Assembly (NCBI GenBank): GCA_001179505.1
Contig: CDMY01000567.1
Location: forward strand, 1-50,813
Length of the DNA stretch: 50,813 bases
Direction: 5' to 3'
Source: Vitrella brassicaformis CCMP3155
Lineage: Eukaryota > Protista > Chromerida
Of this stretch, positions 12,216 through 23,876 are shown one piece after another (position 1 is the stretch's first letter; each line of letters begins with the position of its first letter). A program made the translations under genes and the position numbers. The notes under the pieces were generated by a model, which searched no databases, was not told the DNA's origin, and was given only the letters and a program-made list of their open reading frames with translations.

Positions 12216-14593
12216 TTACCCATTGCTGTTACGATATGTGCCCTGCTGGCCGGCTCTTGTCTGATTCCACAGATGCGACGCAGTCCCAACCGTTACTGCA
12301 CAGAGAAAGAACCAAGACCAGTCGAAGGAAGAATGACAGAGGTGAACATCCGCCGCTCTCCACCCACCCGTCCTCCCTCGCACCTTCTGTGTTGACGCCA
12401 GCTTCCCGCCCACGTGTGGCCCCCATCGGCACCTTGCCATCCCTCACTGGCATGGCTATCATGTCCACCAGTGGACCGTCCTGCGGCTTCATTGTGGTCG
12501 CATTGGAATCAACGGCCTGCTCGATCTCGGCGCCGGAATGCACGCGCGTGCATATGTGCGGCTGGGCAGTGGACTTCTGGTCCTTGTCGGGCCGCCGGTC
12601 TTCGTATACAGACGGGCGGCTGACACGACACAGGCAGGACAGGGCATGGGGAGCCAAAAAGGAAAGGGTGAAACCAGCCCAGCCAGGATGATGCATACTG
12701 ACTGCACCTTCTGCCCACCTGTGGAATCGGTCTCGCGCGCGCGTCTCGGGCTTTTTCTGCCCCTCCCTCTCCCTCCTCTCGCAGACCGTGCGCCCACCAT
12801 TGCCGCTCTGACATCCAATGAGTGAGGCCATCTGCCGACCGCAGAGGCTCCGATCTCGCTCCCGTCGGGCATGTGAGGGGTCCACCAGACACACCCCCTC
12901 ATGCCCGACACCAAGTCGCCCCGCCTCATCCGACAACCGGTGCACCAAACGCTGCTTGGCCGTTGCCGGCTTGGTCGCTCCCCCAGGCCCGGCCGCTCTC
13001 TTCACCGCCCTGGACGACACGAGTTTGCTGCCGGCGGCCCTCTGCTGGCCCGATGAGCCGCCACCACCACCACGAGGCGCATCATTGTCGCGCATGAGTG
13101 CCTTCATCTGACAGCCCGCCAGCTGCCGGCCCCTCTCATGCCGGGCGTGGTGCGGATCGACCGGCGGCACAAAGGACGGCGGGGCCCTCTCGCCGGTCGG
13201 CTGCTGGTCGTAGGCCGCCGTGCGATTGCTAGTGGTGCTGCGGTGGGGCTGGTGGGCGTGGGGGTGTTGCTTCTTGTCCTGTGTGTCTTGGGCGGGTCTG
13301 AGGACGGCGTCGGCGGCGGCCCCCGACCACTCGTACTGGGCCCGCGAGACCCAATGGCCGTCCGGCACCTGGTAAAGCAGCTCGCTCTTCGACGGCAATG
13401 AGCGCTCCACAGCAGACTGACTTTCCCTGACACCGACGACAAGGGATACGTCGCATCAAGGCTTGTGTGGGGTCTGGCAATTCTCGTCCTTCCCTACTGT
13501 CTCACCTGGTGCCTCTCTCGTGTGCATCAGGGGGTCTCGGGCTCTCTATCTCGCCGACACGCTCAGCGGTCCCCTGCTGGCCACGACTGCCGCTGCCTGC
13601 GGCCGCCCCGTCAGCTACCGCGACCCACTGGCCGTCGTGTGTCTCATGGAGGAAGTGAGTGACAGACGGCAACGAACGCTCCACAATGGACTGACCACTG
13701 CGCTCCACAATGGACTGACCACTGCTACAGCAGCACAGAGATAACCATAAGAGACCCAAAGTGCATGGATTCCCTACCCTTCTGTCAACTCACCTGGCAG
13801 GACTCTCGGCCGCATCCAGTGGCCTCGGTCTCTCCATCACACCAACACCGACACGCTCAGCCCCAGTGTCGTCGCCCCCTAGAGCCGCCTGGTGCTCGTG
13901 GGCCATGGCGGCGATATCACGCTGCAGCCGGCTGATGGCAGCGGCCGTCTCATCGAAGGTATCAGGGGCTTCGAGAGGGGCGCCTGGCTGCTCTCCGTTG
14001 GTCGCCTCAACAGACTGCATGCGCTTGGGCGGCGCGGCTGATCGCCTGATGTGTCCGTGCCGCTGACGATGCGGCCGCTCCTTCCGGCTCCCATCGCCGT
14101 CAGGTGCAGGGGCCTTCTCGGCTGATGGCGATGGATCCTTTGGGGTGCGGGGCGGCCCAGTGGACTGCTGGCGCTTGGGCAGCGAGGCTGACTCGCCAGA
14201 CGGACCCTCAATAAGTCCACAGTGTGCAGAAGCAGCGCCTTCCTGCCGTCCGATGCTGTGAGTTCTGTCGGGTGCCGATGTGGCTGATGCCGACGGGTGC
14301 TCAGCGGCCGCAGCAGTGGCAGTCGTCGGCTCGCCAGTGCGATGGTCCTGAGGCTGAGGCTCCTCGGCGACAGTGGTGTTCTTCTGCATGGCCAAATCGA
14401 TTCGCCGCTCCATCGCCTTTATCTGAGCCATCGTTCCGTAGAACCACTCATCGCTTTGGCTGACGGCGGGATTCTGCAGTTGCATGCAGTCCACGCTCGC
14501 CTTGCCGCTGCCGATGTCATCTGAGCGAACTGTTTTATTCTTCCGCGACATTCCTCTGGCCTCACTCGTCGCGCCTGACGTCCCCTTTATCAT
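12216..14593 (-). CDS. Low-complexity hypothetical protein, paralog B (inverted copy of 2821-4061 with an extra exon and a different C-terminus)
   Basis: Shares AMERRIDLAMQKNTTVAEEPQPQDHRTG, FDETAAAISRLQRDIAAMAHEHQAA and LLYQVPDGHWVSRAQYEW with paralog A. Introns are phase-consistent to a stop at 12216. The start could be 14593 or 14485. Confidence 0.65.
13677..13728. repeat. 24-bp tandem duplication (cgctccacaatggactgaccactg x2), encoding SGQSIVER x2 in paralog B
   Basis: The direct repeat is visible in the sequence. Confidence 0.9.
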
Positions 14594-14700
14594 ATCGGTT
14601 TCCTCTTTTTTTCTCTCCCCTGCGAGCTTTTTGCTGTAGCTCGCAATTGGTGGAGGAAAAGCCTCATCGCTTCCAGTGCGTGGCAAGGCCACCGTTGGCT

Positions 14701-15123
14701 ATGGACCAAAGTAAAACTGCCAAAAGGCCGCAAAGAAAGACACTCGAGACACCTTCCAGCCACTCCAGGGGATTCTTCCGTGAGCCGAACCAACACAGGA
14801 AACAGCCGCAGATCCTCACTGTGAACTCCTGTGTGTGTGTGTCTTTGCACTTGCCATGATGTGCAGGTCCGCAGATCTTTTGGGGAGTGAGCTTCGGCCA
14901 CCGGTACTTCTTCAAGGGCCCCGTCTGGTGGTGGTGCTCCATCATCTGGTGGCCGCTGGCTATCACCACCCCTACGTTGTGGATCTGGCGAGAACTTGAG
15001 CGCGCCGCAGACTCCGCCCCGCCGTCCCACGACCACCTGCCTGACGACTGGTCAACACCGCCTCCGCCCAAGCAGAAGCCGACGACAGCTGTCACAGTGA
15101 CGACAGCTACGCAGCAGAGCTGA
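14701..15123 (+). CDS. Small two-exon Trp-rich putative membrane protein (~110 aa)
   Basis: Exon 14701-14779 and exon 14867-15123 join through a phase-1 GTGAGC..TGCAG intron, giving …GFFRPQIFWGVSFGHRYFFKGPVWWWCSIIWWPLAITTPTLWIWRELE…. Confidence 0.55.
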
Positions 15124-15154
15124 GCTGAGTGAGCCGTAACCAAGCGACGATCCG

Positions 15155-16788
15155 ATGGCGATGAAGGGTCGAGACGAGGCCGAGCGGTTCCGCGTGTTGG
15201 GCAACGAGGCGTACAAGGACGGGAGGCTGGAGGATGCCATCAACTTCTACACGCGGGCCATCACTCTCGACGCCGATGATGTGCGGCCGTGGACCAACAG
15301 GGCGCTCTGCTGGCTGCAGAAGGGGGACTGGGAACAGGTGAGTGGAGTGAGGACGGGAGGGAGGGAGGGATACATACTGGGGGCGGGGCGGCCGTGGTGT
15401 GAACGGGTGTATGTATCCTTCCATTCTTGTATGTGTAGGTGATAGCTGACAGCCGTCAGGCGTTGAATGCTGACGAGGAGTCGGTCAAGGGGCACTACTT
15501 GCTGGGCAGGGGACTCGTTGAGATGGGTAGGCCACACGCACACTCACATGACATACATGTACCGAGCACTGCACCGCTGCGGTGGCTGAATCCTCACTCA
15601 TCCTTCCCTCTATCAGGTGACGACGAAGAGGGCCTGCGCAAGTTGGTCAAGGCCAAGACGCTGTCGTCGTGCAAGAAGGAGAGGCCATACGAAATGGAAA
15701 TACACAAGTGAGTGAGAAAGGGAAACAAACAGGCAGTCAGCACAGGCATCGCATCGCATCGAGTGCGTGCGTGTGTGTGTGTGTGTGTGTGTGTGAAGGG
15801 CGCTGTATCGCGCCAAGAAGCACATCTGGCTGAGGGAGGACAAGGAGCGCGAGAAGAACACCGCCGAGGCCAGGCAGTCGATATTTGTGAGTGGAAGGAA
15901 CGAAGGAGCACACCCACCCCAGCCAAACATCACATCGGCCGGTCTCAGCCATGTCGTCTCTGTGCTTGCGGGGGACGTATGTGATGTGCAGGCGATGATA
16001 TCGCGGCTGGAGGAGCTCAGCCAAGTGAGCAAAGAAGAAGCTGACCACAGAAGGAAACAGGTGAATGACTGACTGACACAAACGTTTAAGGCACGAGAGA
16101 CGGGCAGGCACAGGCAGGCCGGCGGGCAGACAGCCAGGGGTCGATACGCATCCCATCATGACATGTGTTTGTCTGTCTGTCCGTCTGTGTGCTGTGCTGT
16201 GCTGTGCTGTGTGTGTCAGATGGACTCGCTGTTCAATTGGGTGGAGGAGAAGAGAAAGAGGGCCGACATTCCCGACTACCTCCACTGCAGGATCACCATG
16301 GTACCAACGTACCCACACCCCACACCGGTCGGTCGATATGTGATCTGTGTTCCTTCGTGTGTGTAATGTGTGGTTGGTCCCCAGGACTTCATGGAGGACC
16401 CAGTGGTGACGAAGCAGGGCATTACATACGAGAGGGAGCAGCTCCTCGCCCACTTCAGACAGAACGGAGACTACGACCCATACACACGGTAGGTACCGTC
16501 AGGGTCACAGCACACCACACGGAGGGGAGGGGAGAGCTGACCTCCGTGCGGTGCGTGGATCGTGTGCTTCTCATACATACGGTACGGTGCGTGCAGGGAG
16601 AGGACCAATGCCAAGGATCTGGTGCCGAATCTGGCCGTCAAAAGGGCGACGGAACACTTCCTGGACAAGTAGGCTAGGCCGAGCCAATCGCACTGTGGCA
16701 CGCCCGAACGTCATCAATCACTGCACCCACCGTGTATGTGTGTTTTGCGTGTCGTGGCTGCAGCAACCCCTGGGCGTTTGATTGCTGA
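15155..16788 (+). CDS. STUB1: CHIP E3 ubiquitin ligase (TPR + coiled coil + U-box)
   Basis: TPRs (GNEAYKDGRLEDAINFYTRAI, WTNRALC, SVKGHYLLG). U-box IPDYLHCRITMDFMEDPVVTKQGITYER…DPYTR…LVPNLAVKRATEHFLDNNPWAFDC*. Nine exons. Confidence 0.95.
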
Positions 16789-17078
16789 TTGGGGGGATTG
16801 TCTGTCCGGGTGTCTGTCTGTCCGGGTCTGACTGACTCGTTGGAGCGCGTGTGCGTTTTTTGAGGTTCTGCTTTGGTTGCCTGCGTTGCGCCTCGCCTTC
16901 AAGAGTTGTTTGCGTGTATGGACGGCTCATGTACAGTGCAGTGGAGTGCCGACGGCACTGATGTCCATGCAACGAACGACTGACTCATCGCACTAGCAGG
17001 CATCCTGCCGATATCCAGACACAGCAAACCCACACGCAGATCTCTGCGAGCTAGAATCTCATTTCGAGAGAGAAGCAC

Positions 17079-20000
17079 ATGAGTAATGCGCGTCCGACCA
17101 AACGCCCGTGCTTGTTGCTTGCCGCCTATAACGGCGCCGGCGAAGCAATTGAGCCGCACACGTCGGCGGCCGCTCAGAGGGGCTGCACGTACCTCGCCCT
17201 GCTGCTCGGTAAGTAACAGACAGACGCAGCCAGCACAGCTCGGTGGGGTGGGTGAACTGCTTTGTCTGTGCCGTGTGTGTCTGTCTGTGCAGGTTTCATT
17301 AGCGTGTTGTCGGCCTGCTTCATGTCGGTGTGTGGAGTGTTTTTGCGAACCGATAATGATGGGTATCCCTTTTTGTGGGCATTCCAATGGGTCGGCAGGG
17401 ACGTCGTCCGTCACTGCTTCTACTTTCTGATCTTCTCGCTGCCAAGTGAGTCAGTCAATGCATTGGGAGGCGTGTTTGTAATGCATGTGTGCCTGCCTGC
17501 CTGCCTGCCTTTGAGTTGCAGGTGTGCCATCGCCGGACATCGCCTGGGTGGTGCAGCGCCAAAGGCACGGACTGCTTATCGTCGGCTGCCTGGCCGCCTT
17601 CAAGACCACCATCGGCCTCGTGGCCTTCAACGAGTGCATCTTCGAGATCCCCAGCAGCCCCAGAGCTGACGCCGCCACGGCCACATTCCACCGCATCATC
17701 ACCATCTTCTTTCTCATATGGGAGTGCGCCGAGTACGTCTTCATCTTGCCGTGCCTCCTGGTGCCGCCCCCGCGACCCTTCTTCTACACCGCCGTGCTGC
17801 TCAGCCACCTAGTGACGGCTGTGGTGACGCTGTCTGCTGAGTTTGGCGACGAAAAAGCCTGGGTGGAGCCGATGTGGCCATTCCTGCTTTTGGTGACTCC
17901 CGTCATGTGCTGGATCGACAACCCGCAGAGGGCGGACCGCGGCTACAGGATCGCTTTGGTGCACATGCTTATTCAGGGGGTCTTGATTCTGCCGATAGCA
18001 GCTCGCGTCTCGATGCGGCTGCTGTCTGGGGAGGGCTGGGTGTTTGTGGGAGGGGTGTGCTACGTGTGGGTACAGTGGTCGGTGGTGACTTGCCTGGCCA
18101 AGAGGTTTCTTCAAGTGCTGACCATCCGCGCCATGGGGCATCATATGATCTGCACTGCGCTGGTGAGTCAGTGAGTGGGGGAGGGCGAACGGAGGGACGT
18201 GGTCAGGCACCCCAGATGGGGCATGGCATGAATGTGTCTGTCCGTCCCTCTGTTTGCCTCTCTCTCTCTGTGACAGTTTACTTTCATGGTCAGCTTGGTC
18301 GGACGTTAAGGCATCCCATCCACGAAGGCGTGTACGGTGCGTCATCCAATGTGTTGGTTGCATTTAATTTGCTTCTTCAGGTGTACGATGACGTCTTTGC
18401 GGCGTTGCTATTCACTCTTGTCCCCGTCGACGCCCCATCGCTGCTCGTCCTGCTTCTCGCATTCGGATGCCGTATCATCATCCGCGACGCATGCTTGCCG
18501 TCAGATATAGGAAGGTAACCAACATGAGGGCAGGACAACTAATGTGAGTCAGCCCAGCCCCACACCCACTGTCTTGATTCCTCTCTCTGTGTGTCTCTGT
18601 GTGTGTGTATCTGTTTTGGCTTTAGGTTGTTGTTCGATCGCCTTTCCCGCAATGTCTCGAGCGCCGAGGCTTGGAAGGAGATCTTTGACGAGCAGGAATT
18701 GTACAGTAGACACTGCTTCGTCACTGAAACGTAAGGACAGGCGGAGACAGCGATTGCATTGCATTGCCCTCGTCCGTCGCCATCCAATCTCATGTGTGCG
18801 CCGGTCTGGTCTCAATTCGTGCGTGCAGGATAGCTGTAACTGCCGTTGGCACGCTTCTGACGGTCGAGGCCATCCTCGTCGATCAGCTCGGTGTCGGCTC
18901 CCTCACTCTCACCCGCGATAAGACGCCATCCGACCGCACAGCCCTAATCTTTGTCAGCATCGCTTCACTACTTGTCGTCGTGTGCGCCCGCACCCTCGTC
19001 GCGCGAATCTACGCAGCCAAAAGGCGCCGCCTCGCAGCTGTCAAAACGCCGCCTTCACCGTCACAAACCAACAGAGTCATGGAGAGTGGCAATTCCACCG
19101 AGCGAGAGAGCGATTTGGCGGAAAGGGAGGAGGACGGTGTTCAGGATATGATCATCGACATGAAGAAGACGTCGAGTCTCGATATCGGCTTCATGCAATA
19201 CGCCCCGCCAGAACGAGATCCACGCCGACAGTGGTCCCAGTCGCCCGTCGAATCGCCGCTGTTGCCCAGCTCGTGCGCACTGACTCGGTCTGCTGATGGT
19301 GGCTCAGACAGCGATAACGACCTATCTGTCGCGAGCAGCAGACGTGGAGTGCCTTCTACCGTCGTCAAGCGGGCGTCTTCTCGCTTCAGCACCACGATCC
19401 CTCACCGCCGGTCATCCGACAACGTCTCCTCCGTCCCCACACGGAGGGCGTCTGACGCGTCGACTTCTGGCTTGACCTTGATCCCTCATCGTCGCAGTTC
19501 GGAGACCTTCTCGGTGATTCCGTCTGTGCCGTCGACTTGTCTGCGCTGTCACGGCGACCACATGCTGGACCATCCGTTCTTCTTCCCGACAATCGAGGAG
19601 ATCGAGGGCATCGACCCCATGCTGCTCGCCTGCCACGAGTCGGGCCCTCTCAAATCCGTCGACGACATCTGCGATGATGAGAGTGAGTCTTCCTTCGATG
19701 ATCAGCCGAGCGTCTCGCCCGAGGCTCAGTCCCCCGCCCCCAGCGAGGCCTCTCTGCCCTTCCCCTTCTCGCCACCGGAGCCTGTGAGGGTGTCGTCCTT
19801 CACGGCCCGGACGCGAGGGACGATCGCGAGCTTGCGGGATGCGGTGCAAGAGGCCGACAGGGGCTGGGAAGGAGGCAAGCGGCGCTTTCGCCCCGACTCA
19901 CGCAGCAAGCCCTTCCCGCCGCAGCCGAGGCTTGACGAGACCATCTACATGCAGCGCCGCTTCTCTCTCGAGGCCTTCGCACCGCAGCGGGAGATACTCC

Positions 20001-20716
20001 GGTGGCGGAGGACCATGTCTGCTCCTTCCTTTCTGAGCTCTCAGGCCGACCTGCAGACCCTCGACCAGCCAAACGCCGACAATCCCCTCTCTTCGGCATC
20101 TTCATCCTTTTCGTCACCATCCTCTTCTTCCGATGACGGCTGTGAAGGCGTGCGCTTCTCAGTTCCTTGCAGTCGCCTGCAGAAGGGCCTCTCAGAGCTT
20201 CGCGCTAGTGTGGACAGGCGAAACGGCCGCGCCAAGCGATGCGGGACGGCAGGCCTGCGCGTGGTGACGGAGCAACCCCGGCACTTCCGCGGCAGCGTGT
20301 CCGAGCCGGCGCCCTCTCCGAGCTCCGTGTCTCTTGCGGCGATCGATGTGGACACCAAGCGGTCTGAGGCCGAGTTTTCAATCCCCATCCAGTTGACATC
20401 CTCGCCGCGCTTCCGTCTGAGTGAGGGTGACGACGATGGCCACGCCACAACTTCCCAGGACTCATCTGCTGCTCCGGATCGGTCGCTCTCGTCATGGCTC
20501 AGCTGGTGCTGGTTGGTCTTCCTGGACACTGTGTTGGTGAAGAAGGAGGACCTTGAAAGCGGTGGGAAGCGTCAGCGGCTGATGTTTCTATTGTGTGCCA
20601 CGGTGTTCGGTGTTCAAGCAGCGCTGTGGGTGCTGACGGTGCAGCGCTTTGCGGAGGAGATGCAAATGGAGGATAATAGTGGGTTGTCATTGAGCCGCCT
20701 TGATAGGTCAGCATAG
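17079..20716 (+). CDS. Large multipass membrane protein of unknown function with a long Ser/Arg-rich disordered region
   Basis: About six phase-consistent exons with many hydrophobic segments (17293-19000), then ~500 aa of low complexity and a C-terminal hydrophobic pair. No family recognised. Confidence 0.7.
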
Positions 20717-21127
20717 GGGATTATGTCGTTTGTGCGTGTATGTGTATGTGTATGGTGTGGCAGCCAGTCATGTGTTTAATGCACACAAGGCCTGGCCTGG
20801 CTCTGGGTGTGGGTTGGGCTGTTTTGCTGTGTCCATAGTGTCCATGCTGCCTTGGTGTTGATGGGCCATGACCGTGCGTGTGGGGGGTGTTTTTTCCCCG
20901 AGGAGTATCCAACATCTGGACTGACTGCATCAGTGTGTCAGTCAATCTTGCATGAATCATATGAGGCAGTTCAAGTACGTCACGCTTGAACGCACCACTA
21001 GATGTCGGACGGATGCGATCAGTGCACTCACGCAACAGATATACACACATACTGACCCTATACACACATACACCAAGGAAAGATGGACAAAGAGCGAATC
21101 GATCTCAGCAGAGGCACTGTGTCGCCC

Positions 21128-21891
21128 TCACACCCACACGCAGACACACAGCCGACGTGCCCTTCCCTCCCCTCCACCGCCCACGACACACGCCGCCGCA
21201 CGTCCACCAATGACCGCACCGCATTGCTTCTCCCACATCGCTGACTCAGCCACTGCCAGCCGACGTGCCGGTCGACGCCTGACAGCCAACCAGGAGTACC
21301 ACAGGCAACCACAATGGCGTTTACGTGTACCCAACTTCTCTCTGTCTGTCTGACCTGCTGCAGTGTGTAGACCTCCATGTCCACACACGTGAAGGTGTCA
21401 GCAGCAGCCAAGGTGGCCCATCCGTCGGTGTCGTAGCTGCCCAGGTACGTCTTGCCGGCGGGCAGCTCGTCCCTCTTCACCCACTGGTGGCAGCTGCGCA
21501 GGTCGCCGGCCGGACGAGCGTCCTCCTTCTCCCCACTCCCCAGCCACAGGCGGCCGCCACCGATGGCCACATTGCCGCCATAGCCCTTGGTGCCCTTGAC
21601 CGCCCCCTGTGGGCCGGCGACGTCCACATACTGCTGGCCGTCCGGCACTGCGATGTGTGTGATGCCGTCGGCCTCGCTGAAGGCGCCACACACCGAGTAA
21701 AAGGCCACGGGGCACTTGGTCTTCTCCACGGCCGCGGCGTCAGTTGGCTGCTTGAGCTGTCCGTTGATGTGGGCGGCGATGACGTGGTCGCCGGTGTCCT
21801 TGGTGACCAGCAGCAGATTGGTGGCGGTGCCCACCTTGGCCAGCATGGTGGGGTACTTCCAGCCGTCACGCGGACCCCTGACAGACACACA

Positions 21892-21924
<33 letters not shown>

Positions 21925-23187
21925 CGACTCAGTGACATCACGACTGTTTCTCTCAGTGGGCTGGTCACTCACTTGTACAGCAGCTTCGGCGTCGCATTGG
22001 CATTGCCCGTCATGTTGATGAGCTCCTGCAGCTGAGCAGCAGACAAGATGGGGTCGGCCGGACGAGTCGTCGACACCTGCACACAGACAGACAGACAGAC
22101 AACGGTCCATCATAGACACACCAACTCAGCCCCCCTCCGTCGAGGTCTGACTGACCTCATACACCTCCAGCCGCTGGGCAGTGAAGAGATGGCTGCCCGC
22201 CAGAGTGGCCCATCCGTTGGTGCTGTAGCTGCCTTGGTATGTCTTGCCGGCGGGCAGCTCGTCCCTCTTTACCCACTGGTCGCAGCTGCGCAGATCCCCG
22301 GCCGGACGACCATTCCCTCCCTGGCCCAGCCACAGGCGGCCGCCACCAATGGCCACATTGCCGCCAACACCGTTGGTGCCCTCGACCGCCCCCTGTGTGC
22401 CGGCGACATCCACACGCTGCCAGTCGTGCGGCATTGTGATGTTGACGATGCCCTCTTCGTCTTTGAACGCCCCACTGATGGAGTAGAAGGTGACGGGGCG
22501 GCCGGTGGTTGCTTCTGCTGTGGGGTCGGATGGCGCGATGAGGGGCCCGTCGATGAGGCAGGCGAAGATGTGGCGGCGAAGCTCGCTCTCATCACACGTG
22601 TTCGATGACTGACAGAGTGCTGGCGGCACGCCCCAAACCCGAGAGAGAAAGCCCATCAGCAAAGCGCGCAATGCTGGCAACAGAGGGGCTGCTCGGGAGA
22701 AAAGTCGCGTCCATGACGGAGAGGCGGGCCCACACTCGGGTTCGATGACGAACAGCAGGCCCCCTTCTCCGCCCGCCACTCGGTCGAGCAGAGCCTCGTG
22801 CGACCAGCCATGCTGAGAACTCCTGACGCACCCACACAGATAAACAGATCCTATCTGTTGCGTGTCCTCATTCTCTCTGCTGTGTGTGCTCACCTGAAGA
22901 GGCAGCGTATGCGGCTGTGCGATTTGCCGATCATGGTCAGGTACACACACTCCATCAGGTCGTACATCTCAAAGGCACTCAGCAACTGCGGCCAGTCGTC
23001 GGCGATGGGGAGGGGCGTGACGGCGTCGGGGGCCAGGCGACGGCGGCGGACGAAATCCACGACCCTGTGAGAACCAAACCAGGCCAGGCCACCCACAGAT
23101 GCCCTCTGTCTGCCTGTGATGTGTCGCCTTACTTCTCGAAGGTGGCCGTCGGCACACTGGCATCGGTGACGGGTGCCGCAAACCTAC

Positions 23188-23221
<34 letters not shown>

Positions 23222-23876
23222 GTCCATACTGCGCCGTTTCCCACGCCCCTTATTCGCCTCAGCTGACTTGGTGAATCGTCTGCCGAAGGTGTCAAGTCCC
23301 GCCAGAGTGGCGTCCGTCGTGGAAATGGTCGTGCCATGGACAACGGCACTCAGCACCTCATAGCCGCCCGTCCCTCTGGCCGCCGATGACTTGATGAAGC
23401 CACCCATCACCGCCATGAAGCCCTGGAAGGCCTCACTGCCCTGGTCGTTCTGTGGTGTGATGCTGAGTGTCGTCTTGGCGAAGCACAGGTCGTGGTAGAA
23501 GGCCTTGACGGGGCAGTCGTCGAAGAGCGTGATGTCATCGATCCAGCCCGCCTTGAGAAAACCCAACTTGACATCCAACCTGACACACACAGATGGAGAG
23601 AGTCAGACACGCGGCCAGCGGATGAATGTCAATCAAACAACATGGGTTTTGCTTCCCGCCCACCAGATGAAGTAGTGCGGGTCTGCGTCGATGAAGGGGA
23701 TGCCGTCGGTGTCCTTGAGCAGCGACTCATCAAAGCGGTGAAGCAGCACAGCCAGGCGTGTGTCCTTGAGGCCATCTCGCAGCAGCACCTGACGAGGGAA
23801 GTCCATGGTGAAGCCGCCGACGTTGATCCGCCAGGGCTTGTCTGCTTGGGTGCTGCTGCCGTCTGCCGCGGGCATG
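21128..23876 (-). CDS. BTB/POZ (KCTD-type) + degenerate second BTB + two TLDc-like domains (lineage-expanded module); the 3' part of a larger fused gene
   Basis: WRINVGGFTM…LAVLLHRFDESLLKDTDGIPFIDADPHYF is a T1/BTB signature. TLDc-like starts RCLFRSSQHGW and LLYKGPRDGW, with ends LAGSHLFTAQRLEVYEV and LAAADTFTCVDMEVY. Confidence 0.75.

Noticed and set aside
23185-23222. (CA)n, (GA)n, (GCAG)n, (GATG)n runs as CRISPR-like or coding repeats (HTHT, ERER, CVCV ORFs)
   Set aside because: They are simple intronic microsatellites with no spacer-repeat structure. Their ORFs are spurious.
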